A program made the translations under genes and the position numbers. Shown here in pieces: positions 27,231 through 41,589 of a stretch of DNA of 64,000 nt. The stretch spans positions 46,996,001 through 47,060,000 of the forward strand of contig OX597823.1 in NCBI GenBank assembly GCA_951406725.2, written 5' to 3'. The stretch's first letter is position 1; every line of letters begins with the position of its first letter. The DNA is from Octopus vulgaris (lineage: Eukaryota). The notes below the pieces were generated by a model. That model saw only the letters and a program-made list of their open reading frames with translations. It was not told the origin of the DNA and did not search any database.

Positions 27231-27594
27231 AAAGAAACATAGAAGTTAAAAAGATATATGAACTTCTCAGATTTGAACTTGCAATCTTCCTTGCAATCTT
27301 CCACAAGTGAACGGGAAAGGACATCTGAACTAGAAATCTGATTCAAGGTTTACTACGAAAATAACAAAAATATCCACACACTAGTATATAATAAACCAAC
27401 AAAAGTATTATAAAAATGTTAGTGAAAGAAAATGCACTCTATAGAAAACTCCATCAATAACAAGATTTAGGCATAGAATATATAAGATCAAAGCTAGTAA
27501 CAGTATCTGTATGCCAAGTTCCAAAACATCACACACACACACACATACACACGACAACTTCCTACAACTTAAAGTATATTTAACACATAGCGGT

Positions 27595-27895
27595 AACGGC
27601 AAGTACATCTATGTTCAATATCAGCCGTCAGACGGTGGAGTAACAAGTACAAAGGGAGACAACGATTGCTCACGTCAAAATATTTCTTATATTAGCGAAA
27701 TATGTACGAATCTCAGTAGACAACTGAATTATATCTTCAAAGTGAGGAGCCAAACGCACTATTTACACATATACTCAACGAACTTCTAAATATAAAAACA
27801 CCGTAAATAATCTTAAAATCCAGTGAAAAATCTATAGCAACGAGGTGTAGGAAGATTGTAGAAGCCATCTTGATTCAAAAAGTAAATTCTCTCCT
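27595..27895 (+). pseudogene. Highly decayed GIY-YIG fragment (Penelope-like)
   Basis: YIYVQ..C..SYISEICTNLSRQL..RKIVEAILIQK resembles VVY..C..YIGET.RNL..R..EA..I. Confidence 0.5.
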
Positions 27896-28689
27896 TCATA
27901 GACTTGCAAAGGTCAGAATGTGACGACTGATTCTTTTAAGTAGAGATCCTCAGGCAAAACCGTTGGCATTCTTTCCTCATCTAGTATCTCAAACCAGACA
28001 GCGCTAGGCGTGACCGACAGCTCACGGTACGTTCTAAAGTGGAAAGCCGAAATTTATGATAAAATTTTGAATATTAATACTAAAACATTTGAAGATGTTA
28101 GAAGTTTAGAAAATCACTGTACACAGCTCCGCGTCAATAGTAGCAAAAAGATTTGTATATTCGAAATAGGGGGAGGAGAAAAATGTTTAAAATTAGAGAT
28201 GGTCGAGTTTTCAGCATGACATCTTTGAAAGAACAATTGGTCTCTTTTAGTTCTTGTACTGACATAGAAATGCACGCATGTATATTCAGTATGAATAAAC
28301 AATTTACTTTACAATATGTATTGAGTACTGTCTCTTTGTTTCATTTGCAAACTATAATATCTGTATATCTATGGATGTGTGTATGTATGCACACACACGT
28401 ACACACACACACATATACTAGTGTGTTTGTGTATATATATATATAATCATAATCTGGCAGTTGTAATCTATTGCACTTACAATATATGCATATGTATGTG
28501 TACATGTATGTGTGTATGAGTGTACCATATATATACAAATGCATTCATATACCTACACATATACACATTTACATATATATATTTATTTAACTGTGTATAT
28601 ATGTATATATATAACTGTGTACATATAAATATATAATTATATATATATATATATAAACATGTATATGTGTGGTGTGTGTGTGTATGTGA

Positions 28690-28783
<94 letters not shown>

Positions 28784-29079
28784 GCACAAACATACATACA
28801 TACATGCCCTTGCAGACGGAAAGAGAGACGAGAGAGAGAGAGAGACTCACAAAATAGAGAGACCAAGTATCTGGTGAAATGCAAAATCTCAAGTATATTT
28901 ACTGGTTCCAATGTAATTGTGGAAGTCATACAAATAATTGCTGCCATGAATCAAGAAAAGTGGCTGGGTGATGGCAGATTTTAAATTCATTAATAAACCA
29001 TATTAGTCATGTATAATATATGTGTCAGCGCGTGTGTATGTGTGTGTGCTTTTGTGTCTGTGTTTGTATGTGTGCGTGC

Positions 29080-29120
<41 letters not shown>

Positions 29121-30243
29121 TGCGAAAACACCTCTGTATATAATTGTTTTGCATTTAAACACGTTAAATTGAATATTTCATATTTAATACTTTTAATTCT
29201 TAATCATTTTGACTGTGATTGGATATCAGGTATGAAATTATCCTGGCTGTTGCTTTTAATCATTAGCTGTTCTCTGATCTTATCCTAAAAGATTGTATAA
29301 ATTTCAATATTCACACTGATAATAACCAGCCTAGCGTTCTCTAATTGATACCCTAAATAATACACTTTACGTGTAGAAAAAAAAATCATTCTTATGGCTC
29401 AAATAATATCTTGCTAATCACTAATCGCTTTATTGAAGTAAATTTCAAGACATGCGTCGTTCAGTGATCAGCAATACAAGTTAAATTCTAGTTATATTTC
29501 TATTTTGACTTGACGCAATTATAATTGCCTCCTTGTCACCGTCCTTCTAACGTACAAAAGACATTTTTTTAAAATCAAAAATATTAAAAATACTTTTTGT
29601 CAATTAGAATTTAAATGGGTTGATGAGTAACTCTGTAACAGTTGAGACTACATCAGTTATGTATCACCGAGACTTGTACGAACTGGAGTGTGAATAGTGC
29701 ACCGGGCAGATTGTGACAATCGCGTTTCGAATCATTGGGTGAGTGATTGTTATGACTTGGCGCATTTTAGAGCATTCAGTCAGTGTCAAACGGTCCATCG
29801 TGTTGAAAGTTTAGTCTATCAAGTAATTCAGAGACTGACTTCAATTACTCGATATATCGACAATAGTTTGAAAGTGGACACAATAATCTGAACCGGTCTT
29901 AAGAATCATTGGGTCTAGATATTTTGTTACGGCCCGATATTTTCTTTTATCTGCTTATTTTTTCCCTCGCCACTCTTGCCATGGCCAGTCATTATGAAAA
30001 TATTTTTCTTCACTAGATAAAGAGGTTTTGTCAATTTAGTCTCGATTCATATCATCGGTTGTTTTTCATTAACTATATGTGACGATTCTCAAATGTTGTT
30101 TCCTCAAGATTTGATCTCCTCGTGAATAGTGTTGGTTCCGCATTCGACTCCAGCTGAAAGGTAAGTTAAATCAGTTCAACTTTAGAATATATTCCAAGCG
30201 TAACTGGAGATATATTCTCATGACGGCTCAGTGAGTAATAATA

Positions 30244-30495
30244 GTTTCAAATCTTGTCACAAGGCCAGCAATTTTGGGGTAGAGAGCATGCCAGCAATTT
30301 GGAAGTAGAGGGTAAGTCGATTTCAACGACCCAGTGCTCAACTGTTACTTATTTTATCAACTTCAGTGCTCAATTGGTACTTATTTTATCGACCCAGAAA
30401 GGATAAAAGGCAAAGTCGACGGAATTTGAACTCAGGACGAAATGCCGCTAAGCATTTTACCCGCCGTACTAAATGTTTTGCCAGCTCACCGCCTT
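30244..30495 (-). mobile_element. Family A SINE with small internal duplications
   Basis: Family match; CAGTGCTCAA..TACTTATTTTATC duplicated. Confidence 0.75.
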
Positions 30496-31438
30496 AGTTA
30501 AGTGAATAATAATAGAATATAAATAACTCTTAAAACCTGTTTTTGTTATTGGTTTTCGTTTTGTATTTTGCCCAACGTATGTTCTGTAAGTGCCTTGGAA
30601 AGAGGGAGAGTAGTGGGTAAATACTGCAGGAAAAACGAATGGCTGGAGGGTTGTATAAGTTTATTGTTCGTGTAGTAAGCTACGGAATTCGTACATTCTC
30701 TCCTGCAATTCAAACTGCCTCATAGACCCAACAGATAATAGAATAGGCTTTGTCCCAGAGGATGGCGAGCGAGATGTGGCTTGCACATGCGGATAGCCAT
30801 CTACGCCGGAGGTCTTCACTACCACAGGCTCGACCACAAACCTGTCAAAGAGCGACCGATACTTTGACGAAGCATATCAATTATTCCATAAGTTCTCCAT
30901 ACAAATATTTCAGTATGCTCATTTCCTCAAAGTATATAAGTGGCCATTCTAATAGGCCACAGGATTTGAAATGATGTCTTACTTTAATTCATTCTGAAGC
31001 AGCCGTTGTTTCATGTTTCTTTTTTCATTTTGTCGTTGACTCTTTTTGGCTCCACAGATGCCAAAGTTCTTCATTTAATAGGGAGTTTCTAATAATAGAG
31101 GGTGCATTAATTCTTGTGTACCACAATTGGAGACGTCACAGCATCTAGATATCGAGATTTTTTCGCTCGTTAAATTGCACAGTTTTTTCCTACTTAAATG
31201 CCTAGTTCAATATATTGCTTTGAGTGAAATATAACACCATCCTGCTGCACTCTAGAAATATTCTAAAAACAATGAGTTCACAAAATATGAAATTTAGCCA
31301 AATAGATGTTTATAACTGTCATTCACTTCGGCTGTGATGATTTTCATATCTTTTGCCGACACACGATTACGCACCTCTGTCAGTTTGTTGCCAATACATC
31401 GAAAGTCAACAAAATTATAGAGCGGTTGGCTACATGCT

Positions 31439-31481
<43 letters not shown>

Positions 31482-31494
31482 ATATATATATATG

Positions 31495-31526
<32 letters not shown>

Positions 31527-31620
31527 TGTATGTATGTATGTATGTGTGTATGTGTGTATGTGTGTATGTATGTATGTATGTATGTATGTATGTATGTATG
31601 TATGTATGTATGTATGTATA

Positions 31621-32513
31621 CTAGGTCTGGTCGATATGTATCCAGATTGTTGCCATCGTAATGAAACTAAAGCACGCAGAGTGAAGCCGCTTGGCGCAGA
31701 TTTACCGTGGACGCTGCTGTGCGTGCGCATTACATTCTAACGTTCTAACTAACAACCACTGTTTGCAGTAGTGCTTGGAAGGAAGTTGTGTAGGGTGTGA
31801 TCATCGCATTGAGCATGACAGAGAAAGTTGTCTTGCCGATACCTGCTCAGAGGCCTACGCTAAGTTACAGAAAGTGTATAGAGAGCAGTGTATGAGTTGC
31901 ACACAAGTGTACGAGTGGTTCAGATGTTTCGAAGATAGCCGAACAAATGTCGATATTGATGAACGTTCTGGGAGACCAGCAACCAGCAGATCCGAGAAAA
32001 ATATCACAGATGTGCGTGCAGCTGTGAGGGGAAATCGTCGAATCACCATCCGTGAGTTATCATAGTATGTGCAGATTAGTTACGGTTCGGTTCAGTCCAT
32101 TATCACTGAAGATTTGGGTATGAGACGCATGTCTGCAAAATTTGTTCCAAACTGCTTTGAGCTGACGAAAAGGACACACGGGTTTCAGTTGTACAAGATC
32201 TCCTTGATTGTGTTGGGAACGATGAAACCTTTTTCAAAACTTTGCACAGGCCTCTGAGTAGGTTTCGCCAAGATTTTGGCAAAATTTGATGCAGATTCTC
32301 TGCTTAGCTTCTCTGTCATGGTCAATGCGACGATCACATGCTACAAACCCTTGCTTCAAAGCACTACTGTAAACAGCGGAAGTGAGTTATAATGTTAAAA
32401 CTTAGTGCGCATACACAGCAGAGATTAAGGTGAATCTGTACCTAAAGACTTTACTCTCCGTGCTTTAGCTTCGTTACTATAGCAACACTACGTATACTAT
32501 TGATCAGATCCTC
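31621..32513 (+). mobile_element. Second copy of the foldback mariner derivative
   Basis: Same layout as 25912-26795 in the opposite orientation. Confidence 0.88.
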
Positions 32514-32561
32514 TTCTATCTTCGTATTTTGCTTTCTGTAAATTTGAACTCTGATGTGTGT

Positions 32562-32600
<39 letters not shown>

Positions 32601-32615
32601 TGTGTGTGTGTGATT

Positions 32616-32707
<92 letters not shown>

Positions 32708-32715
32708 GATAGATG

Positions 32716-32767
<52 letters not shown>

Positions 32768-32954
32768 CTTACGGTGCTTATATAATGGGCTCTAATGTGA
32801 ATCACATGCAGCTTAGAAGGTTTCTAGCCATGGCATTAATAACGAACAACTAGAGATTGTATACAGACTCAACGGCTGTTGGTTATGAGTTTTGGTTAAG
32901 TTAATGGTGGCTGTTTCTTCTTGAAGTAGCTGCGTGATGGTTATACATTAACTG

Positions 32955-33345
32955 AAACGTTAGCTAGCCGGGCGAAATGCTTTACGGTATTTCGTCTGCC
33001 GTTACGCTCTGAGTTCAAATTCCGACTTTGCCTTTCATCCTTTCGGGGTCGATAAATTAAGTACCAGTTACGCACTAGGGTCGATGTAATCGACTTAATC
33101 CGTTTGTCTGTCCTTGTTTGTCCGCTCTGTGTTTAGCCCCTTATGGGTAATAAAGAAATAGGTATTTTCGTCTGCCGTTACGTTCTGAGTTCAAATTCCG
33201 CCGAGGTCGACTTTGCCTTTCATCCTTTCGGGGTCGATAAATTAAGTACCAGTTACGCACTAGGGTCGATGTAATCGACTTAATCCGTTTGTCTGTCCTT
33301 GTTTGTCCTCTCTGTGTTTAACCCCTTGTGGGTAGTAAAGAAATA
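32955..33345 (+). mobile_element. Dimeric family A variant SINE with 16-bp TSD
   Basis: GGTTATACATTAACTG at 32939-32954 and 33346-33361 flanks both units. Confidence 0.9.
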
Positions 33346-33499
33346 GGTTATACATTAACTGGTCAAGCATGTGTGTCTTGAGTGATTGTAGACAGACTAA
33401 TGGTAAGAAGAGACAGGTAAATTAAATGCAACTATTCTTTATTGCAACCGTTATAAAAAATACATGAGAAATGTCTTACATATTGATAAGTAACTGGTT

Positions 33500-34142
33500 T
33501 AGTTCTGTGTATTGGGCAGCGTAGTTCTGAGTTCTGGGCAGCGTAGTTCTGAGTTCTGGGCAGCGTAGTTCTGAGTTCTGGGCAGCGTAGTTCTGAGTTC
33601 TGGGCAGCGTAGTTCTGAGTTCTGGGCAGCGTAGTTCTGAGTTCTGGGCAGCGTAGTTCTGAGTTTTGGGCAGCGTAGTTCTGAGTTCTGGGCAGCGTAG
33701 TTCTGAGTTCTGGGCAGCGTAGTTCTGTGTATTGGGCAGCGTAGTTCTGAGTTCTGGGCAGCGTAGTTCTGAGTTCTGGGCAGCGTAGTTCTGAGTTCTG
33801 GGCAGCGTAGTTCTGAGTTCTGGGCAGCGTAGTTCTGAGTTCTGGGTAGCGTAGTTCTGAGTTCTGGGCAGCGTAGTTCTGAGTTCTGGGCAGCGTAGTT
33901 CTGAGTTCTGGGCAGCGTAGTTCTGAGTTCTGGGCAGCGTAGTTCTGAGTTCTGGGCAGCGTAGTTCTGTGTATTGGGCAGCGTAGTTCTGAGTTCTGGG
34001 CAGCGTAGTTCTGAGTTCTGGGCAGCGTAGTTCTGAGTTCTGGGCAGCGTAGTTCTGAGTTCTGGGCAGCGTAGTTCTGAGTTCTGGGCAGCGTAGTTCT
34101 GAGTTCTGGGCAGCGTAGTTCTGAGTTCTGGGCAGCGTAGTT
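33500..34142. repeat. 22-bp minisatellite (CTGAGTTCTGGGCAGCGTAGTT), ~29 copies
   Basis: Directly visible near-perfect tandem array with no spacers. Confidence 0.97.
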
Positions 34143-34380
34143 TTCTCCTGCTCTTTCTCACATAAATTCTAACTGACATCCATAGAAATATAAAACCTTA
34201 AAACTGAGTGACAAACAAACCTGAAGCAGGTCTGAAGTAAAGAGAGCATGTTATTGATGAATTCGCGAATGGTGACTGAAGAACTTTGACAAATCTAACT
34301 GATTTATTGATTGACCGAAGCATGAATCAAACAGTCGATTGCTTAACTGAGTAAATGTTAATGAATTCACTAACTACAAT

Positions 34381-34583
34381 GGTTTCAAATTTTCACACAA
34401 GGCTTGCATTTTTGGAGGAGGGGTATGTCGATTACATTGACTCCAGTGTTCAGCTAGTACTTATTTTATCAAGCCCGAAACGATGAAAGGAAAAGTCAAC
34501 TTAGGTAAAGTTTGAACTCCGAACGTAGCGACAGGGTTAAGTATTTTGCCCGGCGTGCTAATGATTCTGCCGGTTCGCTGCCT
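34381..34583 (-). mobile_element. Family A SINE
   Basis: Family match, adjoining (AAT)n. Confidence 0.75.
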
Positions 34584-34585
34584 TA

Positions 34586-34657
<72 letters not shown>

Positions 34658-36784
34658 GAATACCACAGATTTGCTTGTTAGTTGTTTGACCATAACCAGT
34701 TGACAATGTCCCTTGGTGGCTGACGATATGTAGTGGGGTAGCATCATAGCTGTATGATGAAAGGAATTATTGGAGGTTTGGATAATTCACCTCTGGAAAC
34801 ATGGGTGGTTCGTTCAACATCCTTAAACAATCCTTATTCAGGGACCTTTTGAGCGGGATGGGCTATTCGACCAGAAGAAAATTCTAGCTGGGTCCCACCT
34901 GCAAGGTCATGTGCTGTTTATTTTGATATGAGATCACCATGTCGCGCACATATGGTTGTGATGCATGTGCCTGGTGTACCCTTATCAGACTGGTAGTCCT
35001 GATGAGTATACTGGGCTTCGTATATTTAACTCCAGTGTCACTTTGATGGCATGCACTGCTCTCTCACTCAATAATGATAATAATGATGATGATGATGATA
35101 ATAATAATAAAAGAAGTGAAATGAAACCAGTACGTGTGTTTATTACTGTCTTAATAAGCCTCTCAAGACACACAAATAATACAAATTAATCAATCTTAAA
35201 TTAATCTTAAATAACTAAAATTTATTTACTCAAACATTATAGCAACAATGACGTTACATGTTGGAGAGGATACATTTAATTGCTTTCTGTGAGTGATGAT
35301 TCCAATGGAATGGATTCCACCGACAATTTTACGCCATCAGTTCTGTACCTCATGTTTTTCACATTAACTGACTGTTTGAGTTCCTGTTTTCTGACCTAAG
35401 CATGTAAAAGGTTGTGAAACCTTGGAGGACAACTTAACTATGAAGCATAATATTTGTTTAAATAAAACAAACTGTAACATCAAATCTGAGTGCTTGAAGT
35501 TTTAGGAAAACAACGACACATAACAACAAACACTAACAAGAAAGTATCAAGCAAAACAAAAAAAAAAATGAAAAAAAAATTAAAATTAAAAAGCAAAACA
35601 AAAAAAACTGGTATTAGTGATAACGATAAGTCTAGAAGCATCATTTTGCAAATTGCGAGCTATTCGAGTCTTCATTGAGAGACGCATCTTACTGCAATTT
35701 GCTGCCAGGAATGTTAGCATTTGCAATCTTGCCTGCAACTGAACAGGTGAAGATAAATATATAATGCCCATTAACGTGAATCATTTCTGTAAAAGTGGAA
35801 TGAATACAATAGAGATAAGTTCTGCTTTACCATTCCAGAAACAGCAGCCTATCACCAGATGCACTAATTTCTTATTTGTATTTCTCACTTCACAGCGAAG
35901 CGAGTAATAAAATTTCCTTCTGTTTAAAAACCATTAAATTTAATGGACCATGAAACTGATAGCCAACGGAGGTTGGGAATACAAGTCGATTAAATCTATC
36001 GAAATCTATCAACTTTACTTATTTTATCGACCCGAGAGGGGTTGAAAAATAATATCGGCCCTAGTGGGATTTGAATTCGCATCTGTGACGTATTGAGCCG
36101 GACGTAATAAATTATCTAGCCACACTGCTCTGCAATCTTTGCCATCTCCACAACCATTTTGTCAGAAGTTAGGTATGAGAATCACAGAAACGAAAGGAAA
36201 AAAAAAATAAAAAGAGGTAGAAAAAAAATTAATTTTCAAATGCTCTTGATGTGGTTTACACATTTGATTTTCCCGATATATTTGCTATTTGTCTGTGTAT
36301 TAATTAGCCAGGGAAATTCTTCTGTCGTCTACGTCTAGCTCAATGGCGGATGTACCATGTATTCTGTTAAACATAATGATTTGTATGGCATTATGTCTTT
36401 AACGGTTCATAATACCTGGAGTCATTTCTACTAACAAGAATGCTGTGGCTGTTAATACCTTTATCTTCTCCTAAAGCGCATGCAGTGCTAAGAAGATTTG
36501 TTCGGGATTCTTAAAAGCAGTCTCTTTTTTACCTGGGATTAGCTGGGTGGTGATACCGTTATCACTTCTACTTTCTTGAAGCAATAAATAATTGACTGTG
36601 ATTGATTGGTCAACAGAATTTTATTTTATCAATCTCGAAAAAGGACGAGAGACGAAGTTGATATCGGAAGGATGCGAACTCAGAACATAAAAAGCTAGTA
36701 TTAAATACATCAAGGTATTTTGTTTGATATTCTAACGATTCTGCCACACTAAAACCTTAACTAAAATTAAAATAGATAATAAAT

Positions 36785-37031
36785 GCGCCCTTTTTAAAGC
36801 CTAGCCACGCTCATGGTCCCGGTTTCCCGATTTCAATGGTGTATGTGTTCCCCAGCTGGACGGGACGCCAGTCAATCGCAGCGTTACTCATTTTTGCCAG
36901 CTGAGTAGACTGGAGCAACGTCAAGTGAAGTGTTTTGCTCAATAACACAACGTGTGGATCGGTCCAGGAATCGAAACCACAATCTTACGATCATGATGCT
37001 GACACCCTAACCACTAAGTCACGCGCCTCCA
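36785..37031 (-). mobile_element. Family C SINE
   Basis: Reverse complement of the 10701 copy; TSD ACCTTAACT(A/G)AAATTAA. Confidence 0.88.
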
Positions 37032-39204
37032 CCTTAACTGAAATTAATGATATCAAAATATCAGTTTCAAATTTTAGCACAAGACCAGCAATTTTGGAGT
37101 GAGTGGAGAAATGCTCGACTGGTGTTTATCATCGTGTCCGAAAGAATGAACGGCAAACTCATCTTTTGAACTCAGAACATAAAGACGGACGAAATATCAC
37201 AAACATGTTGCTCGGCATCATAAGTATCTAAACGAGTATTCAAGCTGACGAAGCGGGAAAGTAACTACGTGGATTCAGAGAATGGATAGTCCTTTTGCAA
37301 GTAGTTGAACTTGGAGGTTGCTTTAGAAAAGTATGATTGAAACGTCTCCCTTTTATATTTACATCTTTTGTATTTTCACTTTTCAAGAAACATCTGGACA
37401 TATTCCTTTGAGGATTGCGTTATCTTAATTGAAGGCATCTTGCATTGAGCTGCTAGCATAAATGAAAATTTAAGCATTAACATATCTAACAGATAGAAAT
37501 TTAATATAAATACGTAAAAACAAGACAAATTGTCACGCATTATCTTGGTTGTCATATAATTTCTATCATCAGGTGAACATAGACGCAAAATTTAATCATT
37601 ACGATGTCTAATTAAGACACTCGAAGAATTATGGCGCTTATCATTATAATCACGTTCGTTCTTACATAATACTCACACACTGGTCGTTATTTAAATGGTA
37701 AATCATTAAATACATTTTAAAGTTTTGTATTGATTCAAATATGCACATTTGTAAGAAAGCAGATTAATTTATTGAATTAATCCTGGTTCACAACTGATAT
37801 TTATGTTATCAACCTCTTCTACTTCCAGAAGAATAAAAGGTAAAGTTGATTATCACAGGAATTTGGATTAAAAAATTGTAAGGATGCAACAAAATATTCA
37901 ATACTTTCAGTTCAGTTAAATTATTTCGTTTAAGGCTATTCTAGTTCTGTTGATACGTTATGTTGGCCAGCCACAAGTTCCTTAGAAACTTGTCTTTCAT
38001 TTTAAGCATTGGATAAAATTTAAAATGATTGAAAGAGGGAGCAGGTACTTGTGCTACTGTTCCCCCAAAAAATATGTATACCTCAGTATAGTTTATCTTC
38101 TTTCTTGTATGTTCTTCTCCTCTGTTAGATTTTTGGTAACTGATGTTGTTGTTGATGTTGTTTAGCTTTACGTCTACCCCGATCGTATAGATCTATGTCC
38201 CAAAGCGTTCGAGTTATAACTTTCCCATCTATTTTAAGGCTTAGTGTACCCTAGACCGCGGTATCTAATGTAACACTTTAAAAAACGCTAATGCATCGTT
38301 CTGAGGGAGATTTTAGCTACTATTTCTAGCTGGTTCAGCGGCTACGAAAAGAGATCCTCTTGTTGGCTGATTTGATTAATATGGTTACTGAAGCTGGTGC
38401 CAACAAACGATCGCTGAGTACAGAAGTCTGATGCTGGAGTTGAAAACAACGAGAGTTACATACCATTCCAGTCACTCAGCAAACTGAGTAGACTTGGTTT
38501 CTAAATGAAATACAAAACGTATTCGCGTGAGCCGCTGCTCATCACTGCACTCCTGCTTGTTGAGAAACAGCTTGTTGCTAGTTACTCGGATATTATGCTC
38601 TTTCTACTGAACCCTTTGTGATGACCTTCGAAGCGTTAACCCCCACCTTCATAATTTTTCCTCACAATGTCAGACTGGCTCGTTTTCACGCGTCTGTCGA
38701 ATCACGCCCCTTTCTGTTTCATCTCTTATTGCTAAACGACATTCCAGACACATACTTTAACTAAGAAAGGCAGTTGCTTTCATCTGTAGAGTCAATGCCT
38801 TCTCCGCTTTGTGGATTGCATCAGTAATGGCCTTTTAGACAACGGTGAGATCAGAATTCTTGTCCATGAATGCAGCATTAGCATTTGCAATGAAAAATAT
38901 ATATAGTTTATCTTTTAATGCTTATATCTCACTTGTTTCAGTTATTATAGTGCAGCTATGGTGGAGCACCGCCAGGAAGGGTTTAGCCGAACGAGTCAAC
39001 CCCAGGACTTATAGTTTTTGCTAAGCCTGGTACTTATTCTATCGGTCTATTTTCCCCAACCGCTACGTTAAGGCAAGTTGTCAAGCACTGGTGTTGGACA
39101 AACACAGTTACAAAGATACTCGCATGCGCACGCACACACACACATACATGTATGTATGTATGTATGTATGTATGTATGTATGTATGTATGTATGTATGTA
39201 TGTA

Positions 39205-39650
39205 TATCTCTTCTATTTTTTAATTATTATAAATCTCCCACTGAGGAAGGAGCCGGTTTCCAACAAATATACAAAGCTCCAACTTTGGGATGTAGTTAAC
39301 ACAGACAAATTTACATTTGGAACTTGAGAAAAATCTTGAATATTTTTACTGTTCCACTCACAAATTGCACTTGTAATGTACGAATCAGCCGGTCAATTTC
39401 TCTTTCTGAAAATCCTTGTTTATCCAGATTCTCCTTTAAGCATTTGCTAACAAAACCTAGTGCTCCAATTATTATTGGTCTGGATATGAATTCAGAGTCT
39501 AGATATAGAAGCTGGAGGTTTCGAAACAGTTGTCCGCAGATATCCTCTTTTTCTCTGATTTTCAAAGAGATATTTATATATTTATGATAGTACATAACTT
39601 TGCCCCTCTGTCTCAAACGACAATATCCAGCCTTTTATGTCTACATTTTG
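39205..39650 (-). mobile_element. 5'-truncated R4/Dong-type 3' end nested in the microsatellite of a family B SINE
   Basis: KIREKEDICGQLFRNLQLLY..PIIIGALG..SGTVKIFKIFLKF is homologous to 5545-5804. (GTAT)n on both flanks. Confidence 0.85.
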
Positions 39651-40064
39651 GATATGTATGTATCAGTTTCCGTTAACCAAATCCACTCACAAGGCTTTGA
39701 TCGGCCTCTGGCGGCTTTAGAGGAAGACACTGGCCCAAAGTGCTACGCAGTAGACTTAAACTCAAAACCGAGCGGCTGGAATGCAAACTTCTTACTACAT
39801 CGAACATAACACAAATGGGCTCAGGTAATATCACTGTAAATATTTCGCCCATTTGTCTGTCCTCTTACACTACTTTAGCTACAATAATAATTCCAGAAAT
39901 TAGCGACACCGTTAACGCATTGAAATAAAACACCGCTTCCATACCTATTGCGAAGAACAATAAAAACATTTTAAATATTCATTTTTCTCGTTGATGCTCA
40001 AATTTCCTGAAAAGTGCTTGTACGAATATATTTCTAGCTATATGCTTAAATATGAATAGACAGT

Positions 40065-40203
<139 letters not shown>

Positions 40204-40557
40204 ATCCATATATATATATATACGTACATACATACATACATACATACATACATACATACATACATACATACATAGACACATACATATGTATGTTTCTGTA
40301 CAAAGGAAGAGTGGTTGTGAGACTGCGTTCCTAATTATATGCGAAATATATATATATATATATATATCCACAGAGCGGCACCCACTTGGACGCATACACA
40401 CACATACACAAATACACATATACGCACGTTCTGGATGTTTAACAATATGTTGAATATTCTTGAAGCAAAACGTCGGTGATATTTTCCAGTCTATCAATAA
40501 CTTTGAGTCTGAATTTACATAATCAGGATAGAGATATGCTTAAGTTGAACGAAAGCC

Positions 40558-40673
<116 letters not shown>

Positions 40674-41517
40674 AAGAGAGAACGCGAGGGATGGTATGAG
40701 AGAGTTCACACATAATAGGAATACCGAAATCATGTTGGAATTGGACGAAAACTGTCTGAAATGGAGTCGATATATGAAAATGCCAAGAAAGTGGAACGAA
40801 GAGAAAAGAAAGAAAGGAACTAGGTAGACAACCTTCTTCATTTCCTCCAGACAGCTGGTTATTCAACCTGACTGTTAAGTAGAGCCAAAATGGCCACGCC
40901 TCTTATGAGCTGGTGGTCATTCGATGTTCCATAAAGCTTACGTCGTCTGGTGATTTAAACAAAGGCAGCCGACATATAATAGTTCGGATATGGAGATGGC
41001 ATCGTTTAACTGTAAAACCGAGGTCGGTTATTTGAGTAACTGGAATAAACAGGTGAGGCTAACCAGTCCAGAAGTTAACTAACGGTGAGGAAGTTGGGTG
41101 GTATATGATTAGCATAATAATGCTTATGTTTCTGATATTATGTATATTATATACAAACGTATGTACATAAATGCTTCGATATTTAGGTATCAAAATACAA
41201 GAATTTATTTGCTTATCTTCTACCAATTACACACATACACACACACACACTTGCATACACATTTTGTGTGTGTGTGTGTGTGGTTCTCTGTGTGTGCCTG
41301 TGTGTGTTTGTCTAATTATCATTTTACGTATTTGCACTTTTCTGTATTTTTATTTGTTAATTTTCTTTCTATCCGCCTTATCTTTCATCTCTTTCTTCAC
41401 AAACATACATACATACATGCATACATACATACATATATACATACATACAAACACATCCACATACATACACACACACATACATACATACATACATACATAC
41501 ATACATACATACATACA

Positions 41518-41548
<31 letters not shown>

Positions 41549-41589
41549 CCACTGCTCTCAGATTTGATCACTACATACTGCTGCCAAAC

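Noticed and set aside
29633-29931. Possible solo LTR (TGTAAC..GTTAC)
   Set aside because: No TSD or terminal CA, and no second copy in the window.
30109-30166. Plus-strand AAG|GTAAGT donor
   Set aside because: Stops in all frames from the nearest acceptor.
33499-34179. 226-aa repetitive ORF or CRISPR-like array
   Set aside because: Pure 22-bp tandem repeat with no unique spacers and no cas genes; the ORF follows from a stop-free unit.
34998-35030. CTGATGAG hammerhead-like start
   Set aside because: No GAAA or cleavage triplet in a suitable position.
35692-35745. Possible minus-strand start exon MLTFLAANC|GTAAGA
   Set aside because: Too short, weak donor context and no corroborating exons.
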